Source: Deltaproteobacteria bacterium (lineage in GTDB: Bacteria > Desulfobacterota > BSN033 > UBA1163). From it: a stretch of DNA of 32,000 nucleotides. This document shows, in pieces, positions 17,857-25,281 of this stretch. The position numbers were made by a program, and so were the translations under genes. Within the stretch, counting starts at the first letter, position 1. Every line of letters begins with the position of its first letter. The notes beneath the pieces are model-generated. The model did no database searches. It saw only the letters and a program-made list of their open reading frames with translations, and had not been told where the DNA came from. Where the stretch lies: the NCBI GenBank assembly GCA_037443425.1, contig JBBIOI010000003.1, forward strand, positions 43,807 to 75,806, read 5' to 3'.

Positions 17857-17901
17857 TTTTCCTCCTTTCAATATTAAATTACCTTGAGAAAGGAGGAAGA
17901 A
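17857..17901 (+). promoter_or_regulatory. SD-sequestering hairpin in front of yedE
   Basis: TTCCTCCTTTC (17859-17869) is perfectly complementary to GAAAGGAGGAA (17888-17898), which contains the AGGAGG SD of the ATG at 17906. Flanking T-G and T-A pairs extend it to about 13 bp, with an 18-nt AT-rich loop. Confidence 0.5.
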
Positions 17902-17905
17902 ATAA

Positions 17906-19000
17906 ATGCCTACAATAAAGAACTTTTTTGCAACACGATGGGGGATCATCTCGGTCGGAGCTTTTATCGGTATTTTTGCCCCTTTTCTGCAGAAGTGGGG
18001 AAACCCTCCAAATATGGGCATCTGTGTAGCTTGTATGGAAAGGGATATTGCAGGTGCATTGGGACTTCATAGGGCAGCTGTTGTTCAATATATGCGCCCT
18101 GAAATTATTGGATTTGTTCTGGGGTCCCTGATCGCAGCTTATTTGTTTAGGGAATTTCGATCGAGGGTTGGCTCAGCACCTATCGTCCGGTTTGTTCTGG
18201 GTGCATTTGCCATGATCGGTGCATTGGTATTTTTAGGTTGTCCCTGGAGGGCAATGCTTCGATTGGCTGGGGGTGATGGCAATGCAATTTTTGGTCTTCT
18301 TGGGCTCATCGGGGGGATATGGATTGGAACTCTTTTCCTAAAGGCTGGATATAATCTCGGAAGATCCCAAAAAACTCATACCTCAGTAGGATGGTTACTG
18401 CCATTAATCATGCTCGGTTTTCTTGTTCTAATGTTTATCTTTCCCCAGATTCCAGGCCAAGAAAAAAGTGGAGTATTATTTTATAGCGTAAAAGGCCCAG
18501 GTTCCATGCATGCCCCACTTATCGTATCGCTCCTGATTGGTTTGCTTATTGGATTCCTGGCACAGAGAAGTCGGTTCTGCACAATGGGAGCTATTAGAGA
18601 CTTCATACTCTTTAAACAGACTCACCTCCTCTCTGGAGCAATTGCCCTCGTTGTAGTGGCATTCATTATGAACCTTATTCTGGGTCAATTTCATCCAGGA
18701 TTCGTAAAACAACCCATTGCTCACACGATGAGCCTCTGGAATTTCGCTGGCATGGTTCTGGCCGGGTTAGCCTTTGCCCTTGCAGGAGGATGCCCGGGAA
18801 GGCAACTCTTTCTTGCAGGTGAAGGAGATGGTGATGCAGCTGTATTCGTATTAGGTATGATCGTGGGTGCAGGTTTTTCTCATAATTTTGGCCTGGCCAG
18901 CTCCCCGGATGGAATTGGCCCCTATGGGATTCATGCTGTGATTATAGGACTTCTTACCTGTCTTTTTATTGGGTTCACCATGCGAAAAGAAGTTGCTTAA
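17906..19000 (+). CDS. yedE: YedE-family putative selenium-metabolism membrane protein (YedE/YeeE permease fold)
   Basis: 364 aa and polytopic. Conserved Cys motifs: NMGICVACMERD, LGCPWR, SRFCTMGAIRD, AGGCPGRQ. Confidence 0.8.
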   Translation: MPTIKNFFATRWGIISVGAFIGIFAPFLQKWGNPPNMGICVACMERDIAGALGLHRAAVVQYMRPEIIGFVLGSLIAAYLFREFRSRVGSAPIVRFVLGAFAMIGALVFLGCPWRAMLRLAGGDGNAIFGLLGLIGGIWIGTLFLKAGYNLGRSQKTHTSVGWLLPLIMLGFLVLMFIFPQIPGQEKSGVLFYSVKGPGSMHAPLIVSLLIGLLIGFLAQRSRFCTMGAIRDFILFKQTHLLSGAIALVVVAFIMNLILGQFHPGFVKQPIAHTMSLWNFAGMVLAGLAFALAGGCPGRQLFLAGEGDGDAAVFVLGMIVGAGFSHNFGLASSPDGIGPYGIHAVIIGLLTCLFIGFTMRKEVA

Positions 19001-19013
19001 AAAGGAGGATAAG

Positions 19014-19232
19014 ATGAGCAATATCGTTGATGCAAGAGGGCTTTCATGCCCACAACCTGTGCTAATGACTCTTAATGAAATTAAAAGAATAAATAAGGGA
19101 GAAATCGTTGTTCTGGTAGATACAGATACTTCAAAAGAGAATGTCTCACGGGCAGCGATTTCACAGGGATGGTATGTAAAGAGTATCGAACCCGAAGGAA
19201 TTGGATATCGCATTATAATTTCGAAGGAATAA
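19014..19232 (+). CDS. TusA/SirA-like sulfurtransferase (72 aa)
   Basis: MSNIVDARGLSCPQPVLMT... carries the CPxP persulfide-carrier motif. ATG at 19014 has AAGGAGG 6 nt upstream. The ORF-track start at 18969 overlaps yedE and has no SD. Confidence 0.8.
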   Translation: MSNIVDARGLSCPQPVLMTLNEIKRINKGEIVVLVDTDTSKENVSRAAISQGWYVKSIEPEGIGYRIIISKE

Positions 19233-19306
19233 CAATGGCAATTTTCAAATCTCTAAAGAAGAAATCAGCAAAAAACATATTTGTGTCGTTATGAAAGGAG
19301 AAAAAC

Positions 19307-20587
19307 ATGGCAGCAAAAGATTATCATGCTATGTGGAAAGATTTGGGGCTTAATTTAGAGGCTCACGATAAGCTTCTTGCTGTTCTTGGGCAAGCCTATA
19401 AAGACATCTATATGACACAGGAGAATCGTCCCAAAGGGATGCAATATCTTGACTTTGTGATCTCTGAGGCTCATGGGCTTCGGATTGAGGAACTGATGGA
19501 AACGAAGAAGAAAGGGAATAAAGTGATCGGAACCTTCTGTGTCTATGTGCCTGAAGAATTGATCCTGGCAGTTGGAGGAACCTGCGTGGGTCTCTGTGCA
19601 GGCGCTGAAATTGGAATTGATGAAGCCGAAAAAGTGCTTCCGCGCAATACCTGCGCTTTGATCAAGTCCTTTATGGGGTTTAAACTGGCAGGCTTATGTC
19701 CTTATATCCAGGCAAGTGATCTCGTTGTAGGGGAAACGACCTGCGACGGAAAGAAGAAGGCTTACGAGATTCTCAATGATTATAAAGAGACCTATGTGAT
19801 GGAAATACCCCAGATGAAGACAGACAGGGATAGGGCGCTCTGGAGAGGTGAAATCGTTCAATTTAAAGAGAAAGTTGAGCAACTTACCGGCAGAGAGATC
19901 ACCGTAGAAAATTTACGTCAGGGCATCAAGATCGCGAACGATAAACGCCGAGCTCTCCAGCGATTGAGTGCTCTTCGTAAAGCAACTCCTCCTCCTATCT
20001 CAGGTCTCGATGCTCTCCTGGTTAATCAAATTGCTTTTTATGACGATCCCCTTCGGTTTACCAGAAGCGTGAATGATCTCTGCGATGAACTGGAGGAACG
20101 CGTTAAGAAAGGCATTGGGGTTAGCAAAAATGGGACGCCGCGGATTTTGGTTTCTGGTTCACCGATGGCAGTTCCCAATTGGAAGGTCCCCTATATCATC
20201 GAAACGAGTGGAGCTATCGTGGTGGCTGAGGAGTCCTGTGTAGGAGAAAGAAGCACGAGGGACCTGGTGAAAGAGGATGGAGAAACTCTTGATGAGATGA
20301 TCGACGCCATTACCGATCGCTATATGAAGATCGATTGTGCCTGCTTTACCCCGAATGTGGAACGGACAGACCATATTCTTGAACTTGTAAAGGATTTCAA
20401 GGTAGACGGAGTAATTCACTATAGCATCCAGTTCTGCACCCCTTATACCGTGGAGGCTTATAAAGTCGAAAAAGCCCTTCAGCAAAAGGGAATTCCCATG
20501 CTCAAGATCGAAACCGATTACGGAATGGAGGATGTAGGTCAATTAAAAACACGAATCGAAGCTTTTCTGGAGATGCTGAAAAAATAA
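19307..20587 (+). CDS. Double-cubane-cluster-type anaerobic reductase (DCCP-like; 2-hydroxyacyl-CoA dehydratase / benzoyl-CoA reductase BcrB-HgdB fold)
   Basis: 426 aa. N-terminus MAAKDYHAMWKDLGLNLEAHDKLLAVLGQAY. Multiple conserved Cys: FCVYVPEE, GTCVGLCAG, NTCALIK, ETTCDGKKK, ESCVGE, CACF, QFCTPY. It is single-subunit and sits next to its activator gene. Confidence 0.7.
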   Translation: MAAKDYHAMWKDLGLNLEAHDKLLAVLGQAYKDIYMTQENRPKGMQYLDFVISEAHGLRIEELMETKKKGNKVIGTFCVYVPEELILAVGGTCVGLCAGAEIGIDEAEKVLPRNTCALIKSFMGFKLAGLCPYIQASDLVVGETTCDGKKKAYEILNDYKETYVMEIPQMKTDRDRALWRGEIVQFKEKVEQLTGREITVENLRQGIKIANDKRRALQRLSALRKATPPPISGLDALLVNQIAFYDDPLRFTRSVNDLCDELEERVKKGIGVSKNGTPRILVSGSPMAVPNWKVPYIIETSGAIVVAEESCVGERSTRDLVKEDGETLDEMIDAITDRYMKIDCACFTPNVERTDHILELVKDFKVDGVIHYSIQFCTPYTVEAYKVEKALQQKGIPMLKIETDYGMEDVGQLKTRIEAFLEMLKK

Positions 20588-20588
20588 G

Positions 20589-21350
20589 ATGAAAGCGGCA
20601 GGAATCGATATTGGTTCGAGAACGATTAAACTTGTGGTGGTGGAAAAAGGAGAGATTGTGGCCTTCTTTATTACTGACACAACTCACGACCCACTTGAGC
20701 AATGTAAAAAGCTGATGGATAAGGTCTCTTTTGACAAGATTCTTGCCACAGGTTATGGAAGACACTTCTTTGAAACCCACTTTGATGCACCTACGGTGAC
20801 AGAGATCAAGGCTTTTGCCCGTGGAGCAAAAGCACTTTTCCGCGGTTGTCGGACCATACTGGACATTGGTGGGCAGGATACAAAGGCAATTGCACTGGAT
20901 GAGAAGGGGAATGTGGTCAAATTTGAAATGAATGATCGCTGTGCCGCTGGAACAGGTATGTTTCTTGAAGTCATTGCCAAGACATTGGGTTACGATCTGG
21001 AAGAGTTCGGGAAAGAAGCATTAAAAGCAGATGGCAACATCCAGATCAATAGCATGTGCACGGTTTTTGCTCAATCGGAGGTAACGTCTCTTTTAGCTCG
21101 TAGACAAAAGAGAGAGGACATCGCCAGGGGGATACACATGGCAATCTTAAATCGAACCCTTTCTTTGCTGAAACGGGTTTCTACAACACCCGATTTTGTT
21201 TTTGCGGGAGGGGTTGCAAAAAACCCCTGCATCAAACATTTTCTGGGTGATGCACTTGGGTTCGAACTGAAGGTTCCTGAAGATCCTCAGATGGTGGGGG
21301 CCTATGGAGCGGCAATGATTGCTCAGGAATCAGAAAAAACTTCTTTATAG
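20589..21350 (+). CDS. HgdC/BcrAD-BadFG-type ATPase (archerase-type electron activator)
   Basis: 253 aa. ASKHA-fold N-terminus GIDIGSRTIKLVV, DIGGQD, cluster-bridging Cys motifs MNDRCAAGTG and NSMCTVFAQSE, and C-terminal FAGGVAKN. Begins 1 nt after the reductase stop. Confidence 0.85.
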   Translation: MKAAGIDIGSRTIKLVVVEKGEIVAFFITDTTHDPLEQCKKLMDKVSFDKILATGYGRHFFETHFDAPTVTEIKAFARGAKALFRGCRTILDIGGQDTKAIALDEKGNVVKFEMNDRCAAGTGMFLEVIAKTLGYDLEEFGKEALKADGNIQINSMCTVFAQSEVTSLLARRQKREDIARGIHMAILNRTLSLLKRVSTTPDFVFAGGVAKNPCIKHFLGDALGFELKVPEDPQMVGAYGAAMIAQESEKTSL

Positions 21351-21382
21351 GAGATGAAATGATTGAGGATTAAAAGAGTATT

Positions 21383-21691
21383 GTGATTGGAACAGTAGGG
21401 CATGTTGACTATGGAAAGACAACCTTTGTTAAGGCTCTGATAGGGATCGATACAGACCGATTGAAGGAAGAAAAAGAGAGAGTAATGAGCATCGAACCTG
21501 GATTTGCCTATCTGAAGCTTCCCTCAGTTAAGGTTGTCTCAATAGTTGATGTTCCTGGTCACGAGAAATTTATCAGAAATATGTTCAGAGGCATATCCGA
21601 GGTCGATTCTGTTCTTTTAGTGGGAACAACCAAACGCATAGAACAACATCTGATTTTTATATTAGGAGGAGATCATGGATCGATGGGATAA
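21383..21691 (+). pseudogene. selB: Remnant of the selenocysteine-specific elongation factor gene selB (N-terminal GTPase fragment only)
   Basis: GTG start with no [44 protein letters not shown]...[14 protein letters not shown]...DSVLLV covers G1-G3 of SelB. Similarity then decays, with no NKxD motif and no domains II-IV or SECIS-binding winged helices. The ORF runs into the SD and ATG of the next gene. Confidence 0.7.
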
Positions 21692-22862
21692 CGTTTATAA
21701 GGAAATTTTAAATGTTTATTACTATATCTGGAAAAAACCTTGGCCTATTTGGGCAGGAGCAATAGCATTGGCGTTAGCAAATATTTTTATGTTTGCCTAT
21801 GCACGTGCAATAGGAGTATTTCCTCAGATGGCGATGTGGGGTAGCTGGGTCTATAATCTTCTCGGCATAAAGGTAGATGCACCATTTTTAGCTTATCCTT
21901 TAACCCCTCCTCATCTCGACGTTCATAGTATGATTGATTTTGGTATAATCTTTGGTGTTTTAATATCAGCTCTCATTTCAGGAGAGTTTAAGATTAGAAA
22001 AGATGACCTATATGGATATCTTTTAGCAATTGTAGGAGGAATCTTGATGGGTTTTGGGACTGTTTTGATGCCACCATGTAATGTAGGGGGCTTTTACTCA
22101 GCTACAATGGCACTCTCTTTGAGTGGACCAGTTGCAGCCATAGGACTTCTCTTAGGTGCTTACTTAGGAGGGATTTTTTTAAAGTGGCAGGCAATAAGAG
22201 CAGCTACTTCAGTAGTATTCAATGATTCAACTGCAGATGAACCTATAAAAAAAGTATCTTCCACTATCCAACCTTATATAGGTTATGCGATATCTATTAT
22301 CCTTGCTATTGTAGTTATTACATATTTTTGGCTTGGAAAAACAAAGTTCTCTGGTTTACTGCTTTTTGGGACCTTTTTCGGAATCGTATTCCAGCGCTCA
22401 AGACTATGTATGGCAGGGGCATTTCGTGAAATCTTCGTAAGTAGAAGATGGAAGAGCATGAAATGGGTGCTTTTTAGTCTCGCAATTGGCACTGTAGGAT
22501 TTGCAATCCTTAAATCCCAGGGGTATCAACAAATGCACTTTATTCTTCCATTGGGATTGCATACAGTGATTGGTGGATTCATCTTTGGAATTGGAATGGT
22601 TTTAGCCGGGGGTTGTGGGGCTGGAATTCTTTGGCGATCTGCGGAGGGTTATGTTCGTGCATGGCTTGCTGTCGTTTCAGGCATGTTAGCATCTGGGTCA
22701 TGGGTCTTATTGTATGGATATCATGTAGGTGAAGGATGGCTTTATGGAAAGCCATTCTCTTTAGGACATCGCTTCGGGTGGTTTGGGGGAGCATTGCTAA
22801 TTTTTCTGTTTCTTACATGTTTTTACATCTTAATAACATATGTGGAAGGTAAGAGAAAATGA
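21675..22862 (+). CDS. YeeE/YedE-family sulfur-compound (thiosulfate-type) permease, second paralogue
   Basis: 395 aa and polytopic. Cys motifs [32 protein letters not shown] is AGGAGG. Confidence 0.75.
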   Translation: MDRWDNVYKEILNVYYYIWKKPWPIWAGAIALALANIFMFAYARAIGVFPQMAMWGSWVYNLLGIKVDAPFLAYPLTPPHLDVHSMIDFGIIFGVLISALISGEFKIRKDDLYGYLLAIVGGILMGFGTVLMPPCNVGGFYSATMALSLSGPVAAIGLLLGAYLGGIFLKWQAIRAATSVVFNDSTADEPIKKVSSTIQPYIGYAISIILAIVVITYFWLGKTKFSGLLLFGTFFGIVFQRSRLCMAGAFREIFVSRRWKSMKWVLFSLAIGTVGFAILKSQGYQQMHFILPLGLHTVIGGFIFGIGMVLAGGCGAGILWRSAEGYVRAWLAVVSGMLASGSWVLLYGYHVGEGWLYGKPFSLGHRFGWFGGALLIFLFLTCFYILITYVEGKRK

Positions 22863-23113
22863 AAAAAATTAAAACTGTAAAATTGAATGACAGACATTAT
22901 CAGGTTGATATGAGAGGATGGATGTGCCCTTATCCAAAATACGCTGTTGAGACGTTAATCAAAAAACTTGAAGCACAGAATCAAATGGACATGCTTGTAG
23001 ATTGCCCTTCAGCTATTGAAGATGTGCCAAAATTAGCAAAAGAAAGAGGCTGTAAGGTTCCCGAGATAATAAAGATTGGAGGCGGTGAATGGAAGATTGT
23101 CATTATTAAATAA
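22859..23113 (+). CDS. TusA/YeeD-like sulfurtransferase (84 aa)
   Basis: DMRGWMCPYPKY carries the CPxP motif. There is a 4-nt ATGA overlap with the preceding permease gene, which is the YeeE/YeeD-type arrangement. Confidence 0.75.
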   Translation: MKKIKTVKLNDRHYQVDMRGWMCPYPKYAVETLIKKLEAQNQMDMLVDCPSAIEDVPKLAKERGCKVPEIIKIGGGEWKIVIIK

Positions 23114-23228
23114 CTATTCTTGATGAAGTATACCCCATAAATAAGGGATATGTTTTCAACTCACATCTCTCCCCCCTTAGAAAAAAAGGGTGGTGAGATG
23201 GATTATATAAAAATTAAGGAGGGCTACT

Positions 23229-23807
23229 ATGAAAGAGATCGATTGCAGGGGATTGGCCTGCCCCCAGCCAGTTTTAAATACCAAAAAGGCCTTAGAAGAG
23301 GGTCAAGAGGAGTTAATCGTTATTGTAGATAATATAGCTGCCAGGGACAATGTAGAAAGATTTGCAAGAAGTCAAGGAGCAATGGTAAATATTGAAAAAA
23401 AAGATAATAACTTTTATCTTCATATTCAGAAAAAATCGAGTTGCGAGATGCCCGAGACGAGATCCAAGGCAGAAAAGATTGTTGTTTATATAAACTCAAA
23501 TCTTCTCGGAGTAGGTGACGAAACTCTTGGCAGGATTTTAATGAGATCATTTTTAAAAACTATCCTCGAATTGGAACCAAAACCTTCTAAAATGATATTT
23601 ATTAATTTAGGGGTCCATTTAACAACAGAGGGTTCTGAGGTTCTTGATACACTAAAATTGATTTCTGAAAAAGGTGTCGAGATACTCTCGTGTGGAACAT
23701 GTCTGGACTTTTATGGTTTAAAAGAAAAGCTTAGAGTAGGAGTTATTTCAAACATGTATGATATTGCAAAATCTTTAATGGAGGCAGACCAATTGATCAG
23801 ACCTTAA
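23229..23807 (+). CDS. yedF: YedF-type selenium-metabolism protein (N-terminal TusA-like domain fused to a DsrE-like domain)
   Basis: 192 aa. MKEIDCRGLACPQPVLNTKKALEE (CPxP). The C-terminal half contains IFINLGVHL...SCGTCLDFYGL. SD AGGAGG lies 7 nt upstream. Confidence 0.8.
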   Translation: MKEIDCRGLACPQPVLNTKKALEEGQEELIVIVDNIAARDNVERFARSQGAMVNIEKKDNNFYLHIQKKSSCEMPETRSKAEKIVVYINSNLLGVGDETLGRILMRSFLKTILELEPKPSKMIFINLGVHLTTEGSEVLDTLKLISEKGVEILSCGTCLDFYGLKEKLRVGVISNMYDIAKSLMEADQLIRP

Positions 23808-23827
23808 TCAATCGGTTATTAATATTT

Positions 23828-25009
23828 ATGAAGAAAGATAAAAGTATAATCTATTTTGACAATGCTGCAACTTCTTGGCCCAAACCTCCCCAGGTTTTAG
23901 AGGCAATAATCAGATTCATGAATGAGATTGGAGCAAATCCCGGTCGTTCTGGACATTCACTATCAATTGAAGCAGCAAGGATTATATATGAAACACGAGA
24001 AGCATTGGCAACTATTTTTAATATAAAAGATCCATCAAGAATTGTCTTTACATTAAATGCTACAGAATCCATCAATCTGGCTTTAAAAGGCTTATTAAAG
24101 CCAAACGACCATGTGATCACGAGTAGTATGGAACATAACTCCGTTATGAGGCCTTTAAGATATCTCGAAAGACAAGGCTTAGAAGTAACTAAAATTCCCT
24201 GCTCTCAGAAAGGATTCTTAGACCCTGATGATTTAGAGAAAAAAATAAAACCCAATACAAAAATGATCATCCTCAATCATGCCTCAAATGTCACTGGAAC
24301 ACTCCTGCCTATTCGAGAAGTTGGAAAGATTACAAGAAAATATAATCTAATTTTTCTTGTAGATGCTGCCCAGACTGCAGGGTCTTATCCCATTGATGTC
24401 CAAAATGATTCAATTGACCTCCTTGCATTTACAGGTCACAAAAGTCTTTATGGTCCACAAGGAACAGGGGGATTAGTTATAAATTATCGCATTAACGAAA
24501 AAGATATAATTCCGCTTAAACACGGAGGAACTGGAAGTCGTTCAGAATATGAGGAACAACCTGATTTCTTCCCCGATCACCTCGAAAGTGGAACCCCTAA
24601 CAGTGTAGGGATATCTGGGCTCTTATCAGGTGTAAAATTCGTCCTTGAGACTGGGATTGATAAAATTAGAAAACACGAGCTTGATTTAACAGAAAGATTG
24701 TTAGATGGATTAAGCCAATTTCGCCAAATTAAGATCTATGGACCTCAAAACATTGACCAGAGAATTTCGACAATCTCTTTTAATGTAGAAGGATTTTCTC
24801 CTTCATATGTAGCATTATATTTAGAAAGGGAATATGGAATCCTTTCAAGGGCAGGCCTTCAATGTTCACCATCGGCTCATCGAACAATCGGAACATTTCC
24901 AGATGGAACTGTTCGCTTTAGTTTAGGTTATTTTAATAATGAAGAACAGATTGATAAGGCAATTGAGGCGCTTAAAAGTTTGATTGGGAAAAAGGTGAAT
25001 AATGTCTAA
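23828..25009 (+). CDS. Class-V PLP aminotransferase-fold cysteine desulfurase / selenocysteine lyase family protein (short-N-terminus clade)
   Basis: 393 aa. IYFDNAATSWPKP, PLP-lysine motif FTGHKSLYGPQGTGGL, and a C-terminal loop with LQCSPSAHR. Confidence 0.8.
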   Translation: MKKDKSIIYFDNAATSWPKPPQVLEAIIRFMNEIGANPGRSGHSLSIEAARIIYETREALATIFNIKDPSRIVFTLNATESINLALKGLLKPNDHVITSSMEHNSVMRPLRYLERQGLEVTKIPCSQKGFLDPDDLEKKIKPNTKMIILNHASNVTGTLLPIREVGKITRKYNLIFLVDAAQTAGSYPIDVQNDSIDLLAFTGHKSLYGPQGTGGLVINYRINEKDIIPLKHGGTGSRSEYEEQPDFFPDHLESGTPNSVGISGLLSGVKFVLETGIDKIRKHELDLTERLLDGLSQFRQIKIYGPQNIDQRISTISFNVEGFSPSYVALYLEREYGILSRAGLQCSPSAHRTIGTFPDGTVRFSLGYFNNEEQIDKAIEALKSLIGKKVNNV

Positions 25010-25229
25010 GGGGGTAATACTTTTCCCATCTATCCACTATGTTATTCAAGCTGAAAAACTGATCAAAGAAAAAGGCCTATTCTTTGACCTCATACCTGTC
25101 CCTCGCTACCTTAGTTCTGATTGTGGTGTTTGCATACTTTTCGAATGGGAAAAAAGGGATATTATATTAAATGTTTTAGATGATGCAGGTCTCAAGATCG
25201 AAGGCATCCATCAAATAAAAGAGGAATAA
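25002..25229 (+). CDS. DUF3343 protein (putative Se/S carrier-like)
   Basis: 75 aa. ILFPSIHYVIQAEKLIKEKGLFFDLIPVPRYLSSDCGVCILF matches the DUF3343 pattern. There is an 8-nt overlap with the desulfurase gene. SD is AAGGTG. Confidence 0.75.
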   Translation: MSKGVILFPSIHYVIQAEKLIKEKGLFFDLIPVPRYLSSDCGVCILFEWEKRDIILNVLDDAGLKIEGIHQIKEE

Positions 25230-25237
25230 TAATATAA

Positions 25238-25260
25238 AGAAATGCGTGAATTGCATTTCT
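25238..25260. terminator. Bidirectional hairpin between the convergent Se/S operon and the Mo-enzyme operon
   Basis: AGAAATGC (25238-25245), a 7-nt loop GTGAATT, then GCATTTCT (25253-25260) form a perfect 8-bp stem with A/T-rich flanks on both sides. It lies in the 52-nt gap between the stops at 25229 and 25282. Confidence 0.5.
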
Positions 25261-25281
25261 ATATAAAGGAAAATATGGTAT

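Noticed and set aside
19235-19294. A 19-codon micro-ORF (MAIFKSLKKKSAKNIFVSL) between the first tusA-like gene and the reductase gene.
   Set aside because: It has only a weak GAAGGA upstream and is too short to evaluate by sequence. It could simply be spacer. It would need Ribo-seq or conservation data.
19307-21350. Higher GC content in the reductase and activator genes as evidence for horizontal transfer.
   Set aside because: This rests only on hand counts of a few 60-nt lines: 25/60, 29/60 and 29/60 inside the pair, versus 20/60 in the desulfurase and 26/60 in a permease gene. The variation overlaps and the comparison is not statistically meaningful without a windowed calculation.
23150-23332. 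A 60-aa ORF overlapping the start of yedF. The 61-aa (3335-3520) and 75-aa (3734-3961) ORFs are similar cases.
   Set aside because: They are out of frame with, and nested in or overlapping, well-supported genes. The yedF ATG at 23229 has a strong AGGAGG SD.
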